Assembly: GCA_973895155.1 (NCBI GenBank)
Contig: OZ316895.1
Coordinates: 5,724,687 to 5,788,686 of the forward strand
Source of the DNA: Marsupella aquatica
Lineage: Eukaryota; Plantae; Marchantiophyta
DNA length: 64,000 bases
Reading direction: 5' to 3'
A model generated the notes under the pieces. That model worked only from the letters and a program-made list of their open reading frames with translations, had not been told where the DNA came from and searched no databases. Shown piece after piece: positions 10,449-22,960 of this stretch. Position 1 is the first letter of the stretch, and the number at the start of each line of letters is the position of its first letter. A program made the translations under genes and the position numbers.

Positions 10449-11870
10449 CACATATGCCCAAAACTAAAAAAAAATGTTTGAGTTTATGAATATAAAGCTA
10501 TTACCATTAAGCTCAAATTTTGGAAAATGTGGTCCATGGGGCTTCAAATATTATTAAATTTTGTCCAGAACAAAGGTTATTAGTGTGCAACCATTTTTAT
10601 TCCCATAATCTTGTGCTCAGCCAATTATAATTGGACAACCTTTTTCCATACAAAATAATTTGTCAAAAACTGATGGCTGGGTGGGGGTTACTCTGACCCT
10701 GTTGCGGGAATGTTAGGAAAAGCTTGCTGGCTGCCGCTGGTCAGCTTGTTCTCACATTCCACATGCAGGGTTATAGCCTAATAACCCCCACCCAGACATT
10801 GGTTATACTAAACCCTAAACCTTGAAAGGTTGCCAGTTCACTCGAAAAATGGGAAGGATAAAGAATACAAGCTGAGGAAGTCAAAACTGGTGCGGATCTG
10901 TTCTCTTCAAAGTTGTGATGATTGTTCGTGGACGTTGATTTGCTTTAGAGTTGTATGTTCATCAGCCCACTCAAGCTCAAAAGTTCAACTTCTATTTAGA
11001 AGTGCATTGGTGGAACTTTGTTCAAAAAGTATGAGGTGGCACAAAGCACTGAATTCTAATGTTAGTTTGTGAACAGTATATGGGCTCTAGATGGAAAGGC
11101 TCTCTCCTCCCTTCAATTACACTAGGGCATCTCAATCCTTGAGCAATGTGGCAAACAGGTTCTGATCATCACATCTGAGTCTCGTCATCAGGTGAAACTA
11201 TTGTTTTTTTTGTGCCCAGTCTATGAGGCTTGCTTTTGGCCATGTCTTCCTGATGTCTGTTAACAACAAATAGTAAAGCACATTGATTTCAAAGTCCATA
11301 AGGACTGTGTTTGTAACCTTCAACTCATGAGTTAATAAGTCCAAACCTTTGGCAAACAGAATGTCATGTGTTGCTCGCAATTTTGGCACAGAACGCAAAG
11401 TGTCCAAGTGGCCTATTAAATGGCTTAGAAGTGCGTTATAGAGGTGGTTCCTTTGGGCAATTTTTCAAACACAAACAAGTACAGGAAACTTTCTTTGGTT
11501 CACTCCATCACAGGATTACATGAAGTAAAGTGTTCTGTTCCCTCTGAACTCTCAAGTCTCCAAGTCTAATAATAGGCAACTTACACCTGCTTCCTTTGGG
11601 AAAGCCAAACTTTGTTGGGATGGGAAAATGGTTCTCCCTGAAGCTTCCCGCTTCCAATCATAAAGGTTTATTTTGCTCCGGGATTGAATTGCATTTTGGT
11701 AGTGCTAAGTGGTTGTCTGTCCACACTACCCTAGCTTAAGCAGGACTTTCCCCACCCACTCTAGAATTGACTCTAGATTTGCATAGCTTCAGGAGGACTT
11801 TCCCCCATGCGCATCCCCTCCCCATCCACTTTAGAATTGACTCTAGAATTGAATCGCCTTCATTTTTGAA

Positions 11871-12142
11871 CTTCCTATCTATCCAACTTCTGTCACATCA
11901 CCCCTCTACTTGATTTTTCGGGAGAGAGGGTTCACTGAGAAAGTATGGCAACTTCGGTCACATCACCCCATCCACTCGACTCAAAAGACAGGGAATTCTC
12001 GATGAGTTTCTATCTATCTAATTTCTGTCACGCCACCTCTACACTTGATTTTCCGGGAGAGAGTTTTCGCTGACAAATCATGGCAGCTTCTGTCACACCG
12101 CCCCATCCAATTGTCTCAAAAGGCAGGGAATTCTCGGTGAGA
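11871..12142. repeat. Degenerate tandem duplication, ~135-bp unit x2 (smaller duplication at 11741-11856)
   Basis: tctatctatc.aa.ttctgtcac...acttgatttt.cgggagagag...ctcaaaag.cagggaattctcg.tgag occurs twice. Confidence 0.8.
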
Positions 12143-12384
12143 AATTGTGAGAGGTTAAGACGGATGGAGATGTTCATCATCTATATCGGGATTGATGGAT
12201 ACAGTTGATGGAGACATGCCTGAAAATTGGTTGGATCATTTTATTGCACACTGATCTTGAGCACTTGACATGCGGAATCTGATATATCTCTTGGATTCAG
12301 CTGCACAGGGCAACAGTTCACGAGTAGGGTACTCCAGTGCTCAAGATTGAAAGGGTGGCAATCCGCACATACACCGGTGTAGAA

Positions 12385-12630
12385 GGTATGGGCGAATTTC
12401 TCTATTTCCGATTACCTACTTCAGCTTCTCCTCAACCGACAGTTCCAATTTCATGTTCCCGTAATCGTGAGAAGGATTAGGGTGTTCTGAAATCGTGACA
12501 GCTAGGGTATTTTACATTTAAGGGAAAGCATGAGTAATTAAACTGAACGGTTATAGGTCTTTGGGAATGCTCTGTTTCCGATTACAAATCTCAGCTTCTC
12601 CTCAACCGACAGTTCCTATTCAGGTTCCCC
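12385..12630. repeat. Direct duplication of a ~75-bp block
   Basis: tttccgattac....tcagcttctcctcaaccgacagttcc at ~12404 and ~12575. Confidence 0.75.
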
Positions 12631-13453
12631 ACACTGAGTGGGAATGGGCACCCTGTCCTGCCCACACTGCTCGTAAACGTATATTATGACGATGCAAATC
12701 CTTTCCAAGATGAGAGCAGCTGATTTGACAGCTGCGATCATCTGACTCTACTGAGATCTAATCCAACCTTCGATAGAAAAAACCCTTCCTGTGTAGACAT
12801 TTGGACTAGAATCCTCGATGTTCCCAGCAAATTTTCAGCTCTGCAAGAACTCTAGAAACTGACACAGGCAGACGAACCTTGGAACTGAGGTTGTAAAAGA
12901 CCTGGCCTGACTCATCTTCAAGTCTGGATGTAAATCACGTGAAGTCTAAACGAGTGTTGATGAACAGAAAAAAATTCCTTCCGCGGATCTCGACATAAGA
13001 ATGAACGCGAAATAACATGGCTACTGCCATTTACTTCCAAAGTTTGTTGGCACCACCACTTTTCCAGGTCAAACGATAGAATTCACATGCCCTAAGTCTA
13101 TGATTCAAAGTTCCGGCAGAATAATTGTCACTAGAAACAGACTTCAATGTGTCCAGCGGTGAGATAAGTATTCAACTGCTCCTAATGCATGCGAGGTTTC
13201 AATGCTTCTCCGTTGCTAAGAGAGCCACATGTCACTAGGCCAGCTTTTTCTTTAATTTACATTCATATTCTGCTCGGTAACTGATAACCAATTTCATAAG
13301 CTCAGCGTCTATAGCTCTCTAAGCTCCAGCAGTAGTGTATCTCAGGAATGGATCCATTCATTCCGCATATCCCACACATAAGAAACCTTACAAGGCCGTG
13401 ACATTGCAGGCTGGAGATACCATGGATGCTACCACAGGCCAAATCTTCTTGCC

Positions 13454-13741
13454 CTAAACATTTGCTGAAATTGGAGGCAATGACGAGGGAATCTCCGGTC
13501 GAACACCATTTTCGTGGCTGGAGTGAACTGGTGAAGTACCATTGGCGAGATTTGATTGGACCGTTGTCAATGGTCGTGGAGAGGTCTGACACTGCATCTG
13601 CCTCCGTAATCGATACCTTTCCCTGACTACTTTGATTGCTTTGATTGCAATAAGTATGATAATTATAATGCCTACAAGAACTGCTCCTGTAACCAAGATG
13701 GTGGAAAGATCATCGCCCATAGTCTTCTCAGAATACATCCA
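13454..13741 (-). CDS. Possible small single-pass membrane protein (or terminal exon)
   Basis: ILVTGAVLVGIIIIILIAI followed by basic KAIKVVRERYRLRR and an S/P-rich tail; no family recognised. Confidence 0.35.
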   Translation of the reverse strand, partial: WMYSEKTMGDDLSTILVTGAVLVGIIIIILIAIKAIKVVRERYRLRRQMQCQTSPRPLTTVQSNLANGTSPVHSSHENGVRPEIPSSLPPISANV

Positions 13742-14738
13742 TAAAGATTGGAGTAGCCAATTTGGCTCCACGCGACTGGGCAGATGTCTGAACTGTCACT
13801 TGCAAGCGACAGAGGGGCCCTTCCATGCAGCGTTCAGAGGATGGGAGGACAAATCTCCGAGTCCTGCTGAGAGCAAACTACATCATTCCTCCCTAGCACA
13901 TCAACTAATGTATGGGTCCACCTCTTTATTTCCAACCCACCTGAAACACGTCAATGTTCGCACATTCAGTCTTTGTACAGCAAAACTCTGTTCACAAAGC
14001 CTGGTACCTTGATGCAATTTTAGCATCAAGATGCCAGTCGATTATCCCCGAGATTTATCGCACTACTGGACTAACATGCTGTTATCGCAATGGGTCCTGA
14101 GCATATCACCTGTATTGTATTCAATACACATGAGAAGGTTCAGATAAACCATGGAGGGATGCATCAGACATATTAAGAATGGTACTAGTCCGAGATCATG
14201 CAAATTAGTTTTGGGGATACGGACAGCTTGACAAAGTCCCACAATTCTCTACCTGCGTTGGACTAGAAGAATCTTACAGGGAGCATGCCTTTCGGAACCT
14301 CGGTATCTTTACTCTTACAGTATCGACGCCTCCATGTAGAGACCAGTTGACTACCTCCGGCTGGACCATGGACAAAAAATGACAACAGAAAGGATACGTC
14401 GGTCACGTCTGCGACATCTAGTCGTAACCTATGAAACTCTTATTGCATATTCATTTGTGTTGTTAACGTTGAAAACAGAAGTAGCATACTGGTACTCTTG
14501 AAATTGTCCCTAAATCTCCTGCTTAGCGTCTACCGATACGCTGGCAGGAGAAATCCTCACTGGCCTTAGTCCTTTGCGATACCCAGCTAAGATTAATTCC
14601 AACCACCGAGATTCCTGTTCAGCATCATCGCTTCTTCTCCAAATTCCCTGCTCCTATGCAAAATCCGTGGGAAAGTAATATAACCTCAATCTCAACCTCT
14701 ACGTCTTACCTCCTCAGTAGTGGCTCGCTCATTGACCC

Positions 14739-14887
14739 TTTCGTCGAGGGGTCATAATATAAAATCATTTGGTGAAGCTACTTCTCGTGGCTACATTAAT
14801 TTAGTAAACAACTTCGTCGAGGGGTCATAATAGAAAATCATTCGGTGGAGCTATTTTCTCGTGGCTACATTGATTTAGTAAATAACT
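14739..14887. repeat. Tandem duplication, ~74-bp unit x2
   Basis: ttcgtcgaggggtcataata.aaaatcatt.ggtg.agcta.ttctcgtggctacatt.atttagtaaa occurs twice. Confidence 0.85.
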
Positions 14888-16940
14888 GGGTCCACTGACT
14901 CCAAAAGAGGGTCGAGACGATAAGATTCACACCATTTGACAAACCAGAACAACAAGTACCACAGCTCATGGGATCCTGGGCTTCGAAGAGGACCCTGAAG
15001 AGATTTGACCAGCGATGCTCAGGACTCACCAAACGGTCCATTGTGGAAAGAGAAAGTGGATGAATGGGAGAGTCAACGTGTCTGGACTTCAGCGTACACG
15101 GCGCCCCATCTCGAAAGCAAAATGTATACTCGGAGCAAACACACATGGTCCCATACGTCGACAACGGCCTAACCGGGAAAAGCGAGAGCGGTAGGGACGA
15201 CTTGCGTAAACCATCCGCTGTGGAACGGAAGGAATTGACACGACCAATGGAAAGGATGAACTGATTCAGGAGCACGTTGCTGATACCCTCCAAATCCAGC
15301 ATCTCCACACGAGTCAGCGAAGTCAACGACAAACACTATGTATTATCAACAAACCTGCTCGATCCATCCTGACATCTTAAGCAGTTGAAACCCCTGACCC
15401 CCAAGGCAATGAGAGAGTTAGCGAGAGATCGTACCGCGCATGAGTCTCCATTCATCTCATCATAATATTAACGTTCCATCGCCAGCTGCTCCGATTTAGC
15501 ATACTGCTGCGTCATCCTCCGACTCTACAAGTCTAGACGCTCCTGTCCCTGGAATTCCACACCAACAGAAGGTCAACCACCATGACTTCAAGGCAGAAGT
15601 CACGCTCTCTGTCTCTCATTCACTCACTCCCAGCCTACCGCTCTGCCCACACTTTCTCACGCTCTGTTGTCTCTCACACCCTCTCAAAATCTCTTAGCCC
15701 ACACTTTCACTCTCTCTGAAGACTAATCTCAGCTGCAGTGACAGTCCAGCCTGGAAGAGGTTTCTTGGAGTCGCATTTGAGGGACCGGTTGCAGTGCTAC
15801 CTTTCGTTACACAGCACCGTGTCCGTGAAATCCCAAACTATCTAGTCAGAAGCTATTGCTAATCCAGCTGGATCTTCCAGCACGCCAATTGAGTTTGTTC
15901 CCCACTGGTTCCAACCCATGAGCAGGCTCCTATGTCACAGAAATATCTGTCATCCTTGTTCACGAACCCTAGTAAGCTTCACAGGAAATTGTTCGAACGG
16001 ATCAGCGATCCATCCGACGATGCTGAGCACGCGACCAATTTGAAAAAAAACGGCCCTCGGTGGATGTAGTCCAACGTTGGGTCAGCATCAAGTACGCCGG
16101 CAAGAAGCCTTGACAACGACTCAATACCAACACAACATGATGATGATGCCATCCCTTGACCCCTCGCCTCAACAAACAGAAGTACAGGCCCTCAAGCGAA
16201 TCTCTCGCCTAATCATCCTCTACTCTTATCCCGTGACAAGCCCTATTGCCACCTGCTAACGACCTCAATTGCTTCCAGTCTTCCCACTCTAGTCTCTTCC
16301 TTTAACCTCGTTTGCCCCAATCGCCGGACATCCATTTCTGATCGTTTCCTGTGAACCTGTCCGTGCACACTCCAATCTCACAACAACCAGAGCCGATCTG
16401 ATCCCCATATCATTCCATTTCTCGTTCAACCAGTATAAGCAATGCATATCATTAGTCAAAAGGAGCTCCAGCCGGACCTCCTAGAATTCCGAGAACCAGA
16501 TGAAGCCTGGGAGAGAGGGAGGTGAGAAGGGGACAGGGTTTTACCCTGGGAGACTGTAAAACAAGGGCTGGTATCATCCTACTCGGGGTTAACCGAAACT
16601 CCATCATCCTCGTCAAGTCAACAGCAATGCCTCATTGCCATGACGTCCAGTGCCTCGGTCTCTTCTGCTAAAGCGAGACCTCGCAGACTGATGCGCTCTC
16701 TCTCTCTCTCCCACCACGCCAGCTTGACCGACCAGATATTTCGAAACAAATGTCTGTCCCCGTCCAGTTGTAATGTAAGCGACAGTAGGGCTCAGTCCCG
16801 GGAGGAATACCCCTAGCCCGTTGTGCGGATTGGGAAGGACTTGTACTGCTGGCTGGCTGCTTGATTCACTCTGTCGGGCTACAAAGATTTAGGGTTTGAC
16901 AGAGGACGGTATCTATCTTCACACCTGCTACTTCTTAAAT

Positions 16941-16983
16941 CCACTCCACTCCACTCCACTCTCCACTCCACTCCACTCCACTG
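16941..16983. repeat. (CCACT)n microsatellite
   Basis: ccactccactccactccact... Confidence 0.9.
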
Positions 16984-18619
16984 ACTCCGAATCTCATCCG
17001 CGAGGGGTCTCTCTCTTTCTTTCTAATATCATCTGTCGATCCTGCCAGTTATTGGTGGCTGCTACGTAGTGACTGCAGAGGAGAGAGGATTTTTTCTTTG
17101 AAGCAACTACCATCCATAGCTGAAAAGTCACATCCGGGTGTGAAGCTTCGCCAATCTTCGGTCCCTCGAGGTATGCTTGGACGTAATTTTACCGGACTGA
17201 AATAGTTATCCCCTTCCTCGGACGAACCCACGGCTAAAATAAATTTGGTGCTGCCCAAACTCGTTCCTCTGCTGCGCTTCTGCGTTTGTTCTCTCTGTCG
17301 ATGGGTCGCCCAGAATCCACCAGTCCTACCGTAGTCACCGCTTGTCCCTGCTCCCTGTTCCTCTCCTCCATCAACCGTCCATCTACAGAACTCAATGTCA
17401 CCTCCTGGCTATATGGGTGGCTTCACCGAGCTCCACACCGACGCTTGTGCGAGAAATCATCCACAAAAGTCGGTAGCGTATGCGTTTCCGTGACACGTCC
17501 CTATCCTCCTTCATTCCCTCTACAGTTGCGTGAGGGTAAAATACTACTCGGTAATCGATTGACGCGGCAGGATGATCCAGGCAAATCTATAGATAGCCTG
17601 AATTTCCTGTAGAGGCACCGCAATGGTTGAATGGTAGGCTCCTCTCTCTCATCACTCTACAGAAACCATAGCCGGCCCCCGTGTGCAGAAAAGCACATGA
17701 CAGAGGGAGAGACCGAGGGAACGTTTCTAGGACAAAGAGCGGCGAGCAAAAAGGAGCCCTTGCTTCTCTCCGAAACAAACATCCTGAGCTGCAAGGTCCC
17801 CAGAATTACTCTGATGTCAGGTCCTTCGTCCTCCGTATGCGACGGGTCCTCTTTCGATCCAGAGCCTTCATCCCAAAATAGACGCAAGCAGATTAGTGAA
17901 TCACCTCCTTGGGCAGCATCCCTTTGAAGTACGTAATTTATTAGGAATGTACGTAATTACTAGGAAAATTTTACTCTCAACATGTACAGCACAATAGAGA
18001 TGGAAACAATTCTTTCAACCTGTACACAAGTCACGAGAGATGGAAGCTGCACTCTCAAACTGGACGAGGCGAGAAAGGCGGAAAAGCATATCAAACTGAG
18101 CAGAAGGCCTAAAATTTCGGACTGGAAGAACCGATCAACCTACAGTAACTCGTTCCTGATTTGTTGGACCTGTCAAGTTGCCTGACGTCGGCAACATCAT
18201 TCAATCTAGTCGCTTCTCGGATGCTCCTTCCCCGGGAGAGGATCATTCTAGTCTGGCACAGGTAGGCAGGCATGCCATGGGTCCGATCAGAACAGAACAG
18301 GGCACAGCACAGAACAGAACAAGCGAGGAGAAGAACAGCACAGCCAGACGGATTTTTAGATCCAATGGCAGGCAGAAGCAAGTAGAGAGGCAGCGAGGAC
18401 GATAAAAGCAGGCCCACCATCACCCGAAACTCCGGAATGGTAAGAACTGTACAGCCTGATGAAAAGTGAAATTGACAAGGGATCACGCACGAACGAAAAG
18501 TTGAAGCTGGTAGTCGGCGAGAGGGAGCTACAGAGCTGCGAGATGTAGAATAATATAATATAGTCATAGTTAAGTTATAGGGCGAACTGAATGATCGAGA
18601 GCGGTCACGCACGAGCCAA

Positions 18620-20222
18620 GAAAAGCAAATTCGTCAGTCAGCACACAGTAAAACTCAATTGGAAGGCGCTACAACTTACACTTCGCTCCAACTCGGCTGT
18701 ACCTACGGATCGGATGGACGGAGGAGGAGAAGTTCTTCTGGCGTCCATCTTGAATACAGCAAATTCATCAGTCCCGAAAGAAGTGAAAACCCAATTTGGC
18801 AGTGTGACATAATTGGAAGGCGTAACACTTGGACTAATTACTACGAGGATCGGCGAACGAGGAAGAGTACTTCTCATGACAGTAACTTATAAAGCGCAGT
18901 AAAAACTACTACCTGGGCCTATTATTAGAGTGAAGCCTTCATCTAATTGAGGGCATAACTGAAAGTGAGGTCAGGCGAAAAACGGGGTGCAGGCAAAGAT
19001 GAGACAAAGATAAAAGAAATAACATGGAATCCTTGTTTAAACAATACAGAATTGCAAGTGAGGGCAGGTATGGGTCAAAGATGATCAGGAAATGTATTAA
19101 CTTGCAAGTGAGGGCAGGGATGGGTCAAAGATGATCAGGAAATAGCATGGAATCCTTTTGTCTGCAACGTAACGTTGTAAAGTGAGGATGCAGACAATAC
19201 ACAGGGATGGGGCAAAGCTGATCAAGAAAGAGCATGAAATTCTTATTTTTTGCTAGGGTTTGTTTTCCTCATCATCGTTATTTGCGTTCAAGGAATGGGT
19301 AATGGCTAGTCTTGGACGAAGCAAATTGGGCAGTCAACAACCACTAAACCCCAATTGGAGGGCGTCACTGCTTACACTGCCACGGCTCCTCAACTCGGCT
19401 GTAACAATGGACGGGCTGGATGGAGGAGGAGAGTACTTCTCTTGCCCATCTTTAAGAAAGCAAATATATCAGTCAAAGAACCAGAAAACCCAGTTGGAGA
19501 GCGTTACTACTGTACACTGCTACAACTGTTCAACTCGGCTTTACCTCTGGACGGAGGAGCCCATCTGTATCTAAGAAAATAATTTCAATCAAAACTTAAT
19601 TACTCGTTGAGCTACTGTCTAGAATGAAGGCTCTAGATTTTGAGTCCAACAAAGTATATAAATGAAAGTAAGGGTACAAACCAAAACCAGGGATCGGACA
19701 AAAATGAACGAGAAATAGAAAGGGATCCTTATATTTTTCAAGGTGTTTTTTCGTACTAATCTTTATTTGGGTTCATAAAATAGGGCTACTATTAGATACA
19801 GCAAATTCATCATTTCAAAAACAAACCCAATTGGGCAGTGTGATATATATAACTGGAACGCGTAAACCACTTATACTATTACTGCAACTCAGATGAACGG
19901 AGGAGCAGATTCACTCTTCCTGTCCATCTTCGATAAACGACATCCATCAGTCAACGAAAAGTTGGACACAGTTGTTACTGCCTATTAGACTGCTATGACT
20001 CCTCAACGTGGCCATACCTACGGAGGGGCTTGATGGAGGGGGAGAAGTACTTCTCGTGCCCATCTTCGAGAAAGCAAATTCATCAGTCAAGAACGAGTAG
20101 AACCCAATTGGACTATTAGAGGGCGTTACTGCTTTACACTGCTACGACTATTCAACTCGGCTGTACCTACAGATCGGATGGGCAGAGCCACAGAGGAGGA
20201 GGGGTACTTCTCGTGCCCATCA
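18620..20222. repeat. Degenerate nested tandem repeat: ~130-140-bp monomers within a ~480-700-bp higher-order unit
   Basis: agcaaattcatcagtc...aacccaattgg...caactcggctgtacctacgg...ggaggag.agtacttctc.tgcccatctt recurs at ~18623, 18759, 19320, 19459, 19800, 19940, 20073. Spacer block agtgagg...cagggatggg.caaagatgatcag.aaat recurs at ~18963-19250 and ~19665. Confidence 0.75.
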
Positions 20223-22299
20223 TCATGATTCTATCCAGGAGACAAGGTGGTCCAGAACTGGTCCTGGAGAAGAATGCCAGAGGGAACGAGGGACATGGGA
20301 CGGATTGCTGCCCGTGTGGGGTGTGATGGATGACTGATTCTCAAAGTGACAGCAGTTCCGCCAGCGCTGGAAAGGACCATGCTATGTAACCTGGTTTACA
20401 AGCTTTAATCACGAAAAGTTATTTTAACTTGTCTCTTGTCTTTCCCTGGTGATCATTGAATTTTTCTAGATTTCTCTCAATTTGCCTAATATAATGTTCT
20501 TTTAGGCTGTAGTCTATTGAATTTAGTAACTTTTAGTTACATTGCCACTGAAGATACTCTAATTTACAATTCTGCCACTATCTTTTTATAATTATGAATG
20601 CCTTGGACTTCACATATACCACCTTGGTTAAGTTGGTGAGCTTGTCATTCACATACAAAATCATGACAAAATCATTCATATACAAACTCATTTCATTCTT
20701 TGTGACCAAGCTCTCTTTGGACACAGATCTGGGAAGAATATTTTGGTAATTTTGATCAAAGTAGGGTTGTTTTTGCAATCCCAGGTGTTTTCCAGAATCC
20801 CTTCTCTAGACCTACTCTTGAAATTGAAGCCTGGATGGACTTCAGTGAAAACCTCTTTTCTTCCTCATATGGTACATACTACACATGTGAGTGCAACCTG
20901 GCAAACAATTGACAGTCTTCTATGTAAATTTATGATAATAGGCTGATTTGAAAGGTCTTTCCAAACTGCTTCATGGGGAGCCCACGAACAGCCTATTATG
21001 CTGGATATCAACGGAAATACTGAAGGTCAAACTTTGCTATTGAAAACTTTCTGGAAAGAGAAGGGTGTAGAAGGTGTCCCTAACCCATGACAGAACATTA
21101 TATAGCACTGTTGATAGTAAGTGATGATGAGAGTAAATGCTAAAGAGTAAGTGAGATCTCTAGGCCATTGGATACTACAAGGTGTCGGTGAGTTGACTGA
21201 CCAACAGGATTTCAAAGAGTGCACAAGCTGTGAGGAGAGCAATGTGTTGGGCACAAAAAAGTGCACAGTGGCTCCTCTAAGCACCATTAAGCATGGTCAG
21301 GAAAAAATCTATCAAATTGTCGGGCAGTCTTCCCACGGAATGACATTTGTAACGAAATGGGATTGCAAATTATAGTGTTTAGACAAAATTTATGGATATT
21401 TTTGTCATTTGAAGAGTTTTGAGGGTTTTGCCAATTTCCCTTCGCTCTATAAGAGTATCTCAAACTTGCTGTTTCCGGGATCATTTCAGTCAACCGCTTT
21501 GAGAAATCTACATGGGTGACCCAAACTGAAACCCAACTTTCAGGCAAACTTCATCCAAAGGGTTTCAGATTTGAGACAGGTTTCAACAAGCTCCCATGGG
21601 TCAACTGGGCGCAAACAGACTTTCAATGGGCACCAACATACACAAGATGTAGTGACTTTTGGTGAGGATGCTGATGCACTGAGTGCCCGAGTTGCCGACT
21701 GTCACATTTCATCTGCAGTGTAAATTTTTGGTCTTTGCAACAGTTTGGTCACATTAAACTTCTGAGAATGAGCGGGTTTGAGATGTCCTATTAAAATTGA
21801 ATTTTCGCAATGGACCGGGTCACATGGCGAAGGCCCCAATGGCCGAGACTTCTAAATTGGGGCCCCCCTTATCGCGGGGAGCAATCACGGGCGCCCACAG
21901 TGGTATTTTACGTAGTTACCATAGCTTGTGGTATTTCACCTAGTTACCGTAGCTGCTGTGACAGGTCGTGGGACCAGTACGGATGCAAAAGGGATACAGC
22001 CTGTCTCGTACACGACAACGACGATCAATTCCTTGGGCCTGGAGTACGGCAGAGTACTGCACGGTAGCACGGTGATTACAGGACACCCATTCGTACATCA
22101 CGTACAATAGTACGGAGTCGTAGTACTATTATTCTATTCATTCTTATTTTTGGGTGACATCTTTTGGTGCATTTAATGCAATGTTCTCACTTACGAGAGG
22201 TTGTCGCTTTTTGAGAATACCCAGGGGGGGGGGGGGGGGCGGGGGGGCAGGTACGGGTTTACAGGGTGATACGAATAAAAAATGTCGAAAAAGAGTTGA

Positions 22300-22960
22300 A
22301 AACTGAAGCAAGGCTGGAAGCTAGGATGGACCGCACTGTTGGACATAGGGCTCCGGCGGAACACATTTTGGTGTTCCATGAAAAGTTGGGGCCATCGCTT
22401 GATGACTGCCAGTTGTAGAACAATTTAGTTTTGCACTTGCAAGGCAACTTGAGCATCAGGAGACCTAAAAACGATAAGTCCAATTATTTCACACTACCCC
22501 ATGAAAATTACTGAAATGGACTTACCCTTTTGCATTTTATGATAAAATATATAACCAAAATGGCCAAGAATTTATTATGACTCTGATGAAAGTGATTAAG
22601 TGAAACTTATTTTGGTGGTCCACGAAAGTTTGGGGCCCATCATTTGACTGTGAGTCTTAAATAATTTTTGGTTTTGCGTTGCAAGGTAACTAGAGCATCA
22701 GGAGACATTAAAAATCGCAAGTGCAAGTATTCACACTAGCCCAATAAAAATTAATGCATTTACCCCTTCACATTTTATGATTGGAAATTCAACCAAAATG
22801 TCCCAAAATTCACCATCACTTGGATGAAAGTGCAGCTTACCTAATCCTCTAGCAGCTCCCCAAACCAATAATAATAATAATTCACAAATATCAAGTTATT
22901 ACAATTAAACTCCATGGGGTCCCAAAGACCAGCCTTGTGGTCCATTGGGGCTTCAAATTT
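22300..22960. repeat. Interspersed repeat copy with internal ~240-bp tandem duplication
   Basis: 22367-22600 and 22610-22835 are mutually similar (ttttggtg.tcca.gaaa...ggggcc...ttgcaagg.aact.gagcatcaggagac...cattttatgat...aaccaaaatg); same family as the flanks of element 1. Confidence 0.7.

Noticed and set aside
15700-16000. Possible LINE ORF1 remnant (GPVAVLPF...HPCS)
   Set aside because: Impression only; heavily frameshifted, no complete zinc knuckle, cannot be supported without a search
20500-21600. Possible decayed LINE ORF2 3' region (WQTIDSLLCKF...ASW)
   Set aside because: Too few motifs, no RT core or TSD visible
22224-22247. Long G runs (also 23800-23820)
   Set aside because: Simple homopolymers of unreliable length; no further context implying function
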